Source of the DNA: the human T2T-CHM13v2.0 reference genome, Homo sapiens
NCBI RefSeq assembly: GCF_009914755.1
Contig: NC_060932.1
Direction: 5' to 3' (one strand)
Length of the DNA: 64,000 nucleotides
Shown here piece by piece: positions 12,641 to 27,124 of the stretch (its first letter is position 1; every line of letters begins with the position of its first letter). The position numbers and the translations under genes are program-made. The notes beneath the pieces are model-generated. The model was given only the letters and a program-made list of their open reading frames with translations, did no database searches and was not told the DNA's origin.

Positions 12641-13913
12641 AAAACTGTGAAACTGCTGGAATAAAACATAGGGGAAACTCTTCAAGACATTGGTCTTGGC
12701 GAGGATTTTTGGGATAAGAACTCAAAAGCATAGGCAGCAAAGGCAGAAAGAGACAAATGGGATTACATTAAATTTAAAAGCTTCTATACAATAAAGGAAA
12801 CGACAGAGTAAAGAGACAGCCTACACAAGGGGAGAAAATATTTGCAAACTACGCATTTGCCAAGGGGTTAATATCCAGAATATAAAAGGAATTCAAACAA
12901 CTCAACAGCAGAAAAACCAAATAGTCTGATTTAAAAATGGGCAAAAAAAACTGAACAGAGATTTCTCAATATGAGACCTACAAATGACTAACAGGTCTAT
13001 GAAAAAATACTCAGTATCACTAATGATTAGGAAAATGCAAATCAAAACCACAGTGAGCTATCACCTCACCCCAATTAGACTGACTATGATCAAAAAGACT
13101 AACAATAACTAATGCTGGCAAGGAGGCAAAGAAATGGGAACCCTTATGCACTGTTGGCAGGACTGTAAATTAGTACAGCCATTATAGAAAACAGTATAGA
13201 GCTTCCTCAAAAAATGAAAAATAGAGCTACCGTACGATCCAGCAATCTCACCAGTGGGTATTTATCCAAAGGAAATGAAATCACTATGTTGAAGAAATAT
13301 CTGCACTCCCATGTTTATTGCAGCACTATTCACAATGGCCAAATATGAAATCAACCTAACTGTCCATCAATGGATGAATAGATAAAGAACATTTTGTAGA
13401 GATACATAGTGTAATACTATCCAGCCACAAAGAATGAAACCCTGTCATTTGTGACAATATGGATGAACCTTGAGGACATTATAAGTGAAATAAGCAAGGC
13501 ACAGAAAGACCCATACCGTGTGATCCCACTCATTTGTGGAATCTTAAAAAGCTGATCTCATGGGCGTCCAGAGTAAAATACTGGCTACCAGAGGCTAGGG
13601 AAAATCGGGGAGAGGTGGGTATGTGAAGAGATGGGTCAGTGAGTACAAAATTACAGTTAGATGGAAAGAATAAGTTCTGGTGTTTTATTCCATAGTATGG
13701 TGACTATAGTTAACAATATTTTATTGTATATCTGAAAATAACTAGAAAAGAGGACTTTGAATGTTCTCACCACAAAGAAATGATCAATGTTTGAGGTGAT
13801 GGATATGCTAATTACCCTGATTAGCTCATTACACAGTGTATACGTGTATCAAAATATCACACTGTATCCCATAAATATGTGCAATTATATGTTGATTACA
13901 TATAAGAATAAAA
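12641..13913 (+). mobile_element. L1MA-type 3' fragment (~1.3 kb)
   Basis: L1 ORF2 end plus L1MA4/5-like 3' UTR (ggatatgctaattaccctgattagctcattacacagtgtatacgtgtatc). Confidence 0.9.
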
Positions 13914-14047
13914 CCTTTTATAATAAAATATTTTAACATTTAAAAATAATTAAAACAGCAAAGTAGTCTCCTGTATTTTGTTCTGCCTTCAGGAAGGCAT
14001 ACAACTCAAGTTCAAGACTGTGTCTTCAGAACACTTATTTCATTTCC

Positions 14048-14681
<634 letters not shown>

Positions 14682-14682
<1 letters not shown>

Positions 14683-15171
14683 GCTATGTTTGCGTCTCCC
14701 CAAAATGCGTATGTTGAAATCCTAACAACCAAGTGGATGGTATCAGGAGATGGGACCTTTGGGAAGTGGAACCTTCAGGAGGGATGCGGACAATAAAAAT
14801 GCCGTGGTCTGAGTGTTTGTGTTTCCCCAAAATGCAAATGTTAAAATGTTAAGTGCCAAGATGATGATATTAAGAGATGAGACCTTTGGGGGGTGGGGTC
14901 TTTGGGATTCACTAAACTGCCCTCATGAATGAGATGAGTGCCCTTCTAAAAAGAGGCCTGAGAAAAACCTCTTACATCTTCCACCATGTGAAGCTACAGT
15001 GAAAAGACAGCCGTCTATGAATCCAGAAGCAGGCTCTCATCAGACACTGAATTGGCCAGCACCTTGATTTTGGACTTCCCAGCCTCCAGAACCATGATAA
15101 ATAAATTCCTATTCTTTATAAGCCATTCTGCTTATGGTATTTTGTTACAGCAGCCTGAATGGACTAAGACA
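14682..15171 (+). mobile_element. MLT1A0-like MaLR LTR (14800-15171) preceded by a truncated 5' piece of the same family (14682-14770)
   Basis: Two successive LTR starts (ccccaaaatg...tgtt(g/a)aaat...gacctttggg); ends ggactaagaca. Confidence 0.85.
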
Positions 15172-15394
15172 GATAATATCTGTAGCGATAATATCTGTAA
15201 AAAAAAAAAATCTGTTCCTCAGGTTGAGTAGTTGGCATATATATGGGTATTCATCATAGTATTTCCTATATTTTTATACATGCCTTAGGTAGGTCAAAAT
15301 GAAAATAGAATTAATAGCAAAAATGAGGGATCATTATACTTCCTTGTTAAGGGTGGACGTGTCAATTTACTGAAATTGAGCATAAGACATTTTA

Positions 15395-16291
<897 letters not shown>

Positions 16292-17074
16292 TAGATACAT
16301 ACTTTTAAATGTATCAATTAGTCAACCAATCCCTTTCTATATCCTGCACTTGCAAATTATTTCTATGTCTTTGCTCATGCTGTTCCACGTCTATCAAATT
16401 CTTTGAGGTTCATGTCAAAATTCATTTGAACATTCCCACCAGATGCAGTTCTTCCAAAGTAACTCTTGTCTGTTCATTTCAATGAGCAGAGATGATCATA
16501 AGCAGTTTATTTTCATCTGTCACAACTTTTCCACGAGGACCTTGATCAGTACATTATGCTAAGGCTACTACACGGTCCACTACATTGATAATAACATGCT
16601 GATTGGACCTGTTGAACTGAAAGTGGTAGATGTCTAACTAAGGCACATGCATATCAGAGGGTGGGAGATGCACTCTGGGAAAGTTCAGGGTCCTGACATC
16701 TCAGTGAATTTCTAGAGATCTGCAGTAGTCTGGAGCATGTTAAAATAGCCTCTCCAAAGTGAAAGGCAAGTTGCTTCACTTTGCACCCCTACTAATATAT
16801 GATGTAACCTATTCCTGAGCTATCCAGAAAGGCTACCAGCTCTGCACAGGGCCCAGAGCACAAAAAGGCTCTCCAGCTGGTTTGGGTTGTAGTGGATACG
16901 GATCTACCACAGTGGCCTTTTGACCTCAGCAGATCCAGATATACTCAAGGTGACTGCAGCAGATAGAGGTTGGTATGGAGCCTCTTGCAAGCTCTAATTG
17001 AAGACTCATGGTTGGTTACTGCATGGCCCACCACAGCCATACAGCGCCCTTGTGTTAACTTTTAAGGTACTTCA

Positions 17075-17832
17075 AAATATGGTAAAATATACATAAAATT
17101 TACCATTTTAACCATTTTAAGTGTATTGTTCAGTGGTGTTAACCGTATTTACATTGTTGTGCAATCATCACCACTATCCATCTCCAGAACGCTTTTCATC
17201 TTGCGAAGCTGAAACTCTGTACCCACACAACGATAACTCCTGATTTTTCCCTACCCTTGGCCCCTGGCAATCATCCTTCTACTTTCTATTACTATGAATA
17301 TGACAACTCTAGGTACCTCACATAAATACCGTATGATCATATAGTATTTGTCCTTTTGTGAATGGCTTATTTCACTTGGCACAATTTTCTTAAGATGCAT
17401 CCATGTTGTAGCATATGTCAGAATTGTTTGCCTCTTGAAGGCTGAATAATATTCCATTGTGTGGATAGAGCACATTTTGTTTATCCATTCATTCTCCAGT
17501 GGACAGTTGGGTTGCTTGTACATTTTGGCTATTGTGAATAATCCTGCTATGAACATGGGTGTGCAGAAATCTCACTGACACCTGCTTTCAATTCTTTTGA
17601 ATATACACCCCGACATGGAATTGCTGGGTCATATGGTAATTCCATTTTTAGTTTTTTGAGGAAATCTTACACTGTTTTTCATGGTGGTTGCAGCATTTTA
17701 CCTTCCCACTAACAGTGCAGAAGTGTTCCAATTTCTCTGCTTCATCACAAATACATGTTATTTTCTGGAGGATTTTTGGTTTTAGTTTTTTTTTTTTTTA
17801 TAGCAGCCATCTTAATGGGTATGAGGTGGTCT
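17075..17832 (-). mobile_element. L1MB (L1MB3-like) 3' fragment inserted in the ERVL pol
   Basis: cataaaatttaccattttaaccattttaagtgta...ccatctccagaac...gctgaaactctgtaccc. ORF 17251-17556 is L1 ORF2 C-terminus-like. Confidence 0.88.
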
Positions 17833-17929
17833 GTTGTGCTCATGTTAAAAAGATGCGGAGGATGCCTGCATCCTCTGCATAGCCCAGAAGCACTCAAACA
17901 TCAGAAGGAAGTGGGACATAAGAGATCTC

Positions 17930-18034
17930 CCTGGAAAGTCGAGGCTGCAGTGAGCCATGATCACACCACTGCACTTCAGCCTGGGTGACAGAGGTGACCC
18001 TGTCTCAAAAACAATAAAGAGAGAGAGAGAGAGA
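17930..18034 (+). mobile_element. 5'-truncated AluJ right-arm fragment with (GA)n tail
   Basis: gaggctgcagtgagccatgatcacaccactgcacttcagcctgggtgacagag. Confidence 0.85.
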
Positions 18035-18639
18035 GCTCCCACTGAAGCGTACGCTAAAGGTCCAACTGAGTTTCACGAGAAGGTGGTTCAGATTCCCATG
18101 TCTTCTTCCAGTGTCGATCAATGCCACCTCTCCCTCAATTCATACTTACAGTGTTATAGGGCATTAAATGCACGTAGTTCACAAAAGAAGAAAAAGTTCC
18201 AGCCTGGTTTATATACGTTTCTGCACCATAAACTCAAAGCGGCCGGAAGTGGAATGCTGCAGCACTACAGCTCTGCTCAGGAGTGGCCACCAAGGATGGA
18301 GAGGACGGAACTTCTCCAGGTGGGCAGAACTGTGCAGTTTTTCTTGAAACTTCAATGCCTTGAAGGATAGATGGCCACATATACAGACTGATGCCAATTA
18401 AAGGTGGGTGAGCAGCATTTGTTCAATGCCCGGGACTTGGAAGGAACAAAATTTGAGATTGGCAATGAGAAACAAGGAAAATATTTAGGGATGGATCTTT
18501 CAAAAGAGCCCAGAGTATGAAAATACTTGTGTCCCATGTAAATACTCACCATAGGGCATTGCTTCAGTGATGTAGTGACATTCTCAATAACTATACAGAC
18601 GGGATGATCCATTTTATGGCGCCTCTTATTATTAAGCTT

Positions 18640-19146
18640 TCTTCTTCTTCTTCTTGCCCTCTCATTAATTTTGTAAGCACCTAATCTCTTGCATTAAATT
18701 CTGTCGGTTTAAAATACTGTTATGGATGGAACGTTTGTGTTCCCATAACATTCATCTGTTGAAACTTTAACCTCCAATATGACTGTATTGGGAGATATGG
18801 CCTGCTTGGAGGTGATAGAGGTTAAATAATGTCATAAGGGTCAGGTCCTAATCCCATAGAATTGGTGCCCTTATAAGATGAGGAAGGGACAACAGAGCGC
18901 TCTGTCTCTTAGTCATGTGAGCAGACAGCAAGAAGGTGGCTGTCTGCAAGCCAGGAAGAGAGCCCTTGCCAGAAACTGCACCCTGCTGGACCTTGATCTT
19001 GGACTTCTCAGCCTCCAGAACTGTGAGAAGTAAACTGTTGCCGTTTAAGCCACTCAGTCTGTGGCATTTTGTTATGGCAGCCCTAGCTGACTAATATAAG
19101 TACTTAGAGTGGATTTTATTCCTTGTACTGATTCTGACCTGACACA
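18640..19146 (+). mobile_element. LTR33-like ERVL LTR 3' end, split by an MLT1 insertion
   Basis: gcattaaattctgtcggtttaaaatac | ttagagtggattttattccttgtactgattctgacctgacaca joins into an LTR33-like terminus. Confidence 0.5.
18718..19098 (+). mobile_element. MLT1A/MLT1B MaLR solo LTR
   Basis: tgttatgga...ccttgatcttggacttctcagcctccagaactgtgaga...gactaata; imperfect 5-bp TSD aatac/agtac. Confidence 0.88.
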
Positions 19147-20438
19147 GATACATATCGCAATACAGCTTTTATGAAATCTAAATACTTCAGATTTCATGAA
19201 TTTATGAGTATAAAGACAGTCACATGAATATTAATATCTAAAATCTCACCAGCCCGAAGCCTCCATCTTCATGATAAAGTCCTGTTCTTCCTAATATTCC
19301 CTAATAAATATTTCCAACATGTATACACAAGCCAATCCTGGTGGGTCCCTGCTGTCTTGTCAGCTGGCTCAGGATTCCATGGCAGTAAGCACAGAAAGAC
19401 CTAAAATATGCTACTCCTCTCTACTGCCACTGTAGCTGCAGGAAATTTGCAGCATGTGATGTCAGGGAAGCTAAAAGGCTGCCTCAGCTCATGACTCAAG
19501 AATCAAACTCACACTCATTTTGGAGAATTCCCCATCCATTGATGTTCACTTCCTAGAGTTTAAGAGTTTTTTCTTTTCCCATCATGGTGATCCAAGCTGG
19601 GCCCACCATGACAGCTCCATTCTGTGCAAATTCTTGACTGGGACTTAGCTTCCGTTATGGTTGGTCACTGCCATTGCCAATATTGTTACTTTCACTGTGG
19701 TTATAGCCACTAACAGTGCTGAAGACATGCTCTCCTCAATGCCTGTGAAATCGCAAAGCTGCCACTGTACCCCAGTGCCAGAGATCTGCCCACTGCAGAT
19801 ATTCTTGAGAAGTTAGGACATTCTTAAGTAAGGGTTTGCCCCACAGCAGAGTTTCTGGCTCACCAAAGTGTCAGAATCAATACGCCTTCCATTCATGCAC
19901 ATTGCCATTCCCCACGAGGTGCGTCACTGGGATGCATTCTAAGATCAGTAAGCCCATTGTACCCAGAGCCACCACTCTCCCTCTGACATGAAAACCTGAT
20001 GCTAGAATTTGCTTTTCTTGGTTTTCCCATTTTCAGTTGTGATGGGTTTATCTCACTCTTTGGGTGGAGTCAGGACCTTTGTGGGGCAGATCATATGCAG
20101 CCTGCATTACAGACTGTCTAGTTCTTCAGATAATTGCAAATATCTCTTCAGGGTTCAAGTTTTTATAAATTCAGGAAGTTCTTCAGCTCCTGTGAAAACA
20201 ATTGTATTCCAATAGACCCGTGGTGGGGTGGTGGGGGAGGCAGGATTTTTCCTAACCTAACAATATGGAAGCACCTGAGTCCCAGCTGTAGTCCATTTAG
20301 GACTTCCTGTCACATTTTGAATAGTGAAAAATTACAAACAATAGCAAAAATAAATTGAATTATTACATAGAGTATGGTGTGGCCATATATACAATATGAT
20401 ATAGCCGTTAAAATTGTTTCAAAGAATACTCAATGACC

Positions 20439-20715
20439 GGCCGGGCGCGGTGGCTCATGCCTGTAATCCCAGCACTTTGGGAGGCCGAGGCAGGCGGATC
20501 ACAAGGTCAGGAGATCGAGACCATCCTGGCTAACACGGTGAAACCCTGTCTCTACAAAAAGTACAAAAAATTAGCTGGGCGTGGTGGTGGGCGCCTGTAG
20601 TCCCAGCTATTCAGGAGGCTGAGGCAGGAGAATGGCATGAACCCGGGAGGCTTGCAGTGAGCCAAGATCACGCCACTGCACTCCAGCCTGGGCGACAGAG
20701 CGAGACTCTGTCTCA

Positions 20716-20742
<27 letters not shown>
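20439..20742 (+). mobile_element. AluY inserted in an old L1ME-like 3' end (~20360-21030)
   Basis: gagatcgagaccatcctggctaacacggtg; long A tail; 17-bp TSD aaagaatact(c/t)aatgac; 5-bp deletion in gaggcggagcttgca. Confidence 0.95.
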
Positions 20743-20746
<4 letters not shown>

Positions 20747-20843
20747 TACTTAATGACTTAGAAAAATGCTCATGGCAAAATTTTAAGCCAAAAACCTGGG
20801 TACAAAAGTGTTATATATAGTATGACCTAAGTTGTGTTTCAGA

Positions 20844-20845
<2 letters not shown>

Positions 20846-20890
<45 letters not shown>
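20846..20890. repeat. (TG)n microsatellite
   Basis: About 22 TG units. Confidence 0.95.
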
Positions 20891-20894
<4 letters not shown>

Positions 20895-21052
20895 AGAGAA
20901 AATAGAAAAAGGAATAAATAGATACAACACTTACATCTGAGTGGTGGGTTTGTGGTTGATTTTAATTTTATGTTTTAAAAAATATTTTACAAATATTCAC
21001 GTTACATATTTTAATAATTATAAAGAACAAGTATTTTTAAAAAGTCATTTCA

Positions 21053-21360
<308 letters not shown>

Positions 21361-22350
21361 TCAAAATAAAAACCAATCATAATCAGTAATCGCATCATAG
21401 TGTCATGAGTCAAAGGAAAAATTTTTGTAGAGAATACCTTTTTTAACAAATCACAAATTAGACACTGATTAGTTGAAAGACCCTCCTAAAATTTCAACTC
21501 AAAAATAGTCTTTCTGAGCAGTTATTTTTCAAGAACAAAATCAGGCATATTTGCCATGAGGAAACAATAAAAGCAAATATCCCAAATGTATAACAATAGC
21601 TGGAAAAAGAAAAGAGGAGGGTGTTTCCTCCTGAGTTGTCAAGTTCTTGGCAAGGCTGCTTTTATGACAACACCAAAAAACAAAAACCCCAAAGATTTTT
21701 CTATGAGTCCAATTGGATTTAAAGGAATGTTTTATGGTGCTTTAAAGACAATATTCTATTAAAATTACTCAATTTAACTTTTCGTAATAAATCTGAAATG
21801 CATCTTTGGTATTTGGGTAACAAATATATCTTTGATATTTGAGAAAATAGAATTTACATAATTAATAAAGCCTTACCTTAATCCCACCATCTTTTTAATT
21901 TTGACATAGATTCTAAATATTGGGAAAATGTATATGAATATGGATCTTTTCAGCAGGACACTCTCAGATTTTTAATAAACAGATATTAAAAGTTATTCTT
22001 GGGTTATATTAGGGTTTTCTTGTGGAGATAATGAGTAATTTCAAATGCTGGCTCTGCAAGACTATTCTTTCTTCTCTTCTTTGGCAGAGAGAATATTTCT
22101 GTAAACAAAAGCAGTGAAGAAGATTTGTTCAAAATGGTGAAATAAAATAAGCATTTGATCTGGATCTAACTTGCTGAGAACCACCTACGTTTGCATTTGG
22201 ATTGGGCAGTAGCTACTGACTGTTGCCACTGCAAAGACATTCTTAAAGCACTTAACATGGCACAAATCCCATTATTTTTTGGTAGGGTAGATCACGTTTA
22301 TTTTCAGTGTTTCGTTCCTAATCATTCAGCCATTTTGCAAGGATAATCGA

Positions 22351-22739
22351 TACTGTGGTTTGAATGTATCCCCAAAATTCAGGTGTTAGAAACATAATCC
22401 TCAATTCAACAGTGTTGACAGATGGGGCCTAATGATGGTGCTTAGGTCATGAGGGCTCCCCTCTCATGAATGGATCAATGCTGCTATGAAAAGGGCTTCT
22501 GGGAGTGGGCTGTCTCTCTCTCCTGGTCTTCTGCCATGTGAGGACACATCATTCCTCCCCTACGGAGGACACAGCATTCAAGGCAATATCTCAGAAACAG
22601 AGAGACTAGGTCCCAACCTGCTGGCACCTTGATCTTGGACTTCCCAGCCTCCAGAACTGTGAGAGAATAAATTTCTGTTCTTTATGAATTACCCAGTCTG
22701 AGGCATTCTATTATAGCAGCACAAAATGGACTTATAACA
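22351..22739 (+). mobile_element. MLT1A1-like MaLR solo LTR
   Basis: tgtggtttgaatgtatccccaaaattc...cagcattcaaggc...ccttgatcttggacttcccagcctccagaactgtgaga. Confidence 0.85.
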
Positions 22740-24797
22740 GTAAGAAGGAGAAACAATCAACTTATAAATGAATTATATTGCAAAAGTCAAGTTGTAAAAA
22801 GCTTGTTCACTGCTCCAACTTCACAAACAATGGCTGTTCCTGGGTCCTCCTGCAAACAATGGTAGTAATCCTGCAACTACTTACACTTTATCTGACTCCC
22901 ATTTATAATATGTCTACAGCGAAATGCATAGGAACTGGCTTGACCTTGCATTTTAGGAACACACCTCCCCCCTCTACCTTAGAAACAAGAGGAGGCACTT
23001 CTACAAACTCCAGAGCGGTGGTGGACTGGGCAGCTCTCAAGTGGGAGGGGTGCCATCAGAGGTGGCTTCTCTTGAAGACTAATAACAACTCTTTATCTTT
23101 ACATTGTTAGGCTAAAAGAGTCATAAAGCTCTTTAGATTACATGGTCTGTGCAGACTGTGAAACAATATCCTACCAGGATATGGGGTTACATATATATAT
23201 AAGAAGTGGCTCCTCTTATTTCTAAGGTAGAAGGAGAAGGTCTGTTTCTAAAACTTAAGATCAAGCCAGTTCTTATGCATAAGTATGTAACCCTATATCC
23301 ATATATAGATCCATATATGTATATCCATATTCATATATATACACACACACATGTAATCCTATATCCATATATATATCAAATATAAATACATATATCTGTT
23401 TTATAGTTATATATAGATATAATCATGTCAACACAATAATGTGTCAATGAAGGACCCATTTCCTTAGGTTACTGCTCCTGAATTTCATGGTCATGTTTGT
23501 TAGCATTTTTTCATTCATTTTGGTCTTGGAAAAGTTGAACACAAAAGCTTTTAAGAAAATTTACAAGAGCAAAACATTAAATAGAGATAATTATATAAAC
23601 TTTTTTAGAATATTGAGAAAAATGGATCTTACTCTAGTTTAACTGACAGTATTCTTGTCCACTTTTGAAATCATTGTTTTAAACTTTAAAAGTTTTGAAT
23701 TAAAGAATAAAGGAGAAGAGAAACAAGAAGGGACTCACTCAACAATGATTTCCCCATGACCTTATATTTAGTAACTCACCTTTGTATGTCCAGAAGCCCT
23801 GAAAACCAAAGTAGGATAACGGAATGGATAATAAACTGGGCAATAGAACTTCCATTACTAGAAAAGTTTTTAAATTACAATATCCTTAATAGTGGTATAA
23901 TGAATAGTATTTGTCTCTTTGCAGGATACATAATGCCTATAAATCCCAAAAAGTAGGTTAAATACGTAAAGAAAAATAGTTTTCTAAAGTAATTTCTTAC
24001 CCTGATTCTCATTCACTTGGGTTACTAGTGACCCTGACATGAAACAAAAGAAATTTGCATTAATGTTAGGAAGAGTAGCTCGCTAGGGAAAAAAATACCT
24101 AGGTTTGAACAGAAGTCTGTGACAATGCTCGGTGACTGTATTGAGGTATTTATCAATGACATCAAACACCTGACTCCTTTGGGCTTTGAAAGAGGAAGCT
24201 TCTGCTAGCCAACTTATTGGCAGTGGGTCTGTGAGCATCCCTACAGCATCCAATTTCTGGAGTGTCTTCGGTGCTAGTTCCCAATCCTTAATTTTAAATA
24301 TTTTTCCATTTCCATCATCAGCACACTTTGACTATGATTCGTAAACATCAACAATCTATTTTTAGAATTGTGCACATTTTATTAATTTTTTTCTTTTTCC
24401 TCACTATTTAATACACAGTCGAAAAATGGAAATTCAAAAAGTTTGTGATTGAAACTAAAACTAAATGCCTTAAATTTAATTATTTATATCTGCCACAATT
24501 GTCGTATCACTAGTGATATGGTTTGGCTGTGTCCCCACCCAAATCTCATCTTCAATACCTATGTGTTGTGGGAGGGACCCGGTGGAAGGTAACTGAATCA
24601 TGGAGGCAGGTCTTTCCCATGCTCTTCTTGTGATAGCGAATAAGTCTCACGAGATCTGACAATATCATAAGGGGGAGTTTCCCTGCCTAATCTCTCTCTC
24701 TGTCTGCCTGCTGCCATCCATGTAGGATGTGACATGCTCCTCCTTGCCTTCCACCATGATTCTGAGACCTCTCCAGCCATATGGAACTATAAGTCAT

Positions 24798-25487
24798 TGT
24801 ATTAGTCCATTTTCGCATTGCTGATAAAGACATACCTGAGACTGGCAGTTTCCAAAAGAAGGAGGTTCTTTTTTTTTTTTTTTTTGAGATGGAGCCTTGC
24901 CCTGTCGCCCAGGCTGGAGGGCAGTGGTGCAATCTTGGCTTACTGAAAGCTCCACCTCCCGGGTTCATGGCATTCTCCTGCCTCAGCCTCCCGAGTAGCT
25001 GGGACTACAGGCACCTGCCACCATGCCCAGCTAATTTTTGGTATTTTTATTAGAGATGGGGTTTCACCATGTTAGCCAGGATGGTCTCAATCTCCTGACC
25101 TTATGATCCACCTGCCTCGGCCTCCCAAAGTGCTGGGATTACACGCATGAGCCACTGCGCCCAGCCAAAAGAAGGACGTTCTTACAAAAGAAAGACAGAG
25201 GCTTACAGTTCCACACGGCTGGGGAGGCCTCACGATCATGGTGGAAGGCAAGGAGGAGCCAGTCATGTCTTACATGGATGGCAGCAGGCAGAGAGAGCTT
25301 GTGCAGGGAAACTCTCATTTTTAAAACCATCAGATTTTGTGAGACCCATTCACTATCATGAGAACAGCACGAGAAAGGGGCACCCCCATGATTCAGTTAT
25401 CTCCCACCAGGTCCCTCCCACAACACGTGGAAATTATGGGAGCTACAAGATGAGATCTGAGTGGGGACATAGAGCCAAACCATATCA
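24798..25487 (-). mobile_element. THE1A solo LTR (inner, inverted)
   Basis: tgtattagtccatttt...gagccaaaccatatca, flanked by perfect 5-bp TSD gtcat (24793-24797 / 25488-25492). Confidence 0.92.
24871..25166 (-). mobile_element. AluY-type element inside the inner THE1A
   Basis: TSD aaaagaagga(g/c)gttctt at 24854-24870 and 25167-25183. Confidence 0.92.
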
Positions 25488-26014
25488 GTCATTTAAACCC
25501 CTTTCTTTTGTAAATTGTGCAGTCTCAGATATGTCTTTGTTAGCAGCATGAAAACAGACTAATAAAAGTAGTCTCATTTTTCTGTTACCAATTATTAAAA
25601 ATATTTGCAAAATGCAAGAATATATTCAATATTCAAGTAATTGCATGAACACTTCTGGACAAACCAAGGAAGCAATTTAGTTTAAAGTAATATGTCAGTT
25701 GGCCAGCCAGATTACCATGGAACAACTCTAAATGTGTGTTCATTAGTTGATAAGTAAAAGTTCAAAGTCTGCAAATTGAGGTCATCATAGAATGTAATGA
25801 AAGTGCAGATTGCTTTAAGTCCATTATTACCTTTACTCTTTTGTCTTCTCCTTCAATCAATAAAGTGTACTTTTATTTTCTGCTTCAATCAATAAAGTAT
25901 ATTTTTATTTTCTAAAAAAATTAATATCAAAGTTTTCATTAGAATGCTATGGAGAATGAATACTCCTTCAATAAACATTTATTTTTATAAATAGAGTATA
26001 TAAAAATACATGTT

Positions 26015-26040
26015 CACACACACACACACACACACACACA
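26015..26040. repeat. (CA)n
   Basis: 13 CA units. Confidence 0.9.
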
Positions 26041-26159
26041 GAGTGTTCACTGCACTGAGAGGAGGAGACACCTCTTGCAAATTGTAACAAAGTGCCTATG
26101 TTACCACTGAGATTAGTAATAAATTCCTCAAATTGCTTTCTCTATAATAGTTCAAAGCA

Positions 26160-26660
26160 AAAGAAATTATTATACAAAAAGACACCTGCATGTTTAACAC
26201 AAAACTATTTTAAAAATAAGCACCTGTATGTTTATCACAATACTATTCACAATAGGAAAAATATGGAATCAACCTAAGTGTCAATTCATGGATGAATGGG
26301 TAAAGAATATGTGATGTATATACACAGTGGAATACTATTCAGCCATAGAGAGAATGAAATAATGTCTTTTGCAGCTAAACGAATGGAACTGGAGGCCATT
26401 ATCTTAAATGAAACAACTCAGAAACAGAAAAACAAATACCACATGTTCTCATTTATAAGTAGGAGCTAAATAATGTGTGCACATACCATAGTATGTGAAA
26501 TGATAAACATTGGAGACTCTGGAGCATAGGAGAGGTGGGAGGCGAGTGGATGATGAGAAATTAATGGATGCAATGTACATTATTCGGGAGATGGACACCA
26601 TAAAAGCCCAGACTTCACCACTAAACAAAATATCCATGTAATAAAATTGCACCTTAAATT

Positions 26661-26700
<40 letters not shown>
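26160..26700 (+). mobile_element. L1PB-type 3' end with (CA)n tail
   Basis: gatgagaaattaatggatgcaatgtacattattcgggagatggac...agacttcaccact...tatccatgtaa. Confidence 0.85.
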
Positions 26701-26705
<5 letters not shown>

Positions 26706-26889
26706 AAATGGGAGGTATTACCAAGGAAAATAATTTTATTTTAATCTTCTTAGGCTTAAAAAAAAACAAAGAATTTTCATTTATCGTTGGAAACTCTAAA
26801 ACTATTTATACCCAATACCCACAGTGAGTGTTTTATGTCATTTAATTATTTTTGCTTTTTGTTATGCTTTATTTCACCTACTTGAGAAG

Positions 26890-27124
26890 CATTGTAATGC
26901 AACTCTTGAGAGCACAGAGGCTCAGGAGCCAGACTGCCTGGGCTTGAATACTGGCTCCCCCATTTCAGCTGTACAGGCCTGCAATGTGCTTAACTTCTGT
27001 GCCTCAGTTTTCTCACTTGTAAAATGGGAATTAATAACTGAGTTGTGAGAAATCAAAGAGTAATGAATTGTAAGCAGATAGAAGAGTACCTCCCACATGT
27101 AAGCTCTCACAAACACTTCTTGCT
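26890..27124 (+). mobile_element. MIR
   Basis: ggagccagactgcctggg...ctgtgcctcagttttctcacttgtaaaatggga. Confidence 0.85.

Larger units (their letters stand above)
16470..18615 (+). mobile_element. ERVL-class internal pol remnant (RT and RNase H), interrupted by L1MB and Alu
   Basis: 16575-16610 reads VHYIDNNMLIGP (degenerate YIDD of ERVL RT, VHYIDDIMLIG). RNase H-like gcctggtttatatacgtttctgca (~18202), tgggcagaact (WAEL) and gtgtcccatgtaaatactcac (VSHVNTH). Many stops and frameshifts. Confidence 0.8.
24514..25566 (+). mobile_element. THE1A solo LTR (outer; 24514-24797 and 25493-25566)
   Basis: tgatatggtttggctgtgtccccacccaaatctcatc...ccatccatgtagga...cagcatgaaaacagactaat; TSD actag/agtag. Confidence 0.9.
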
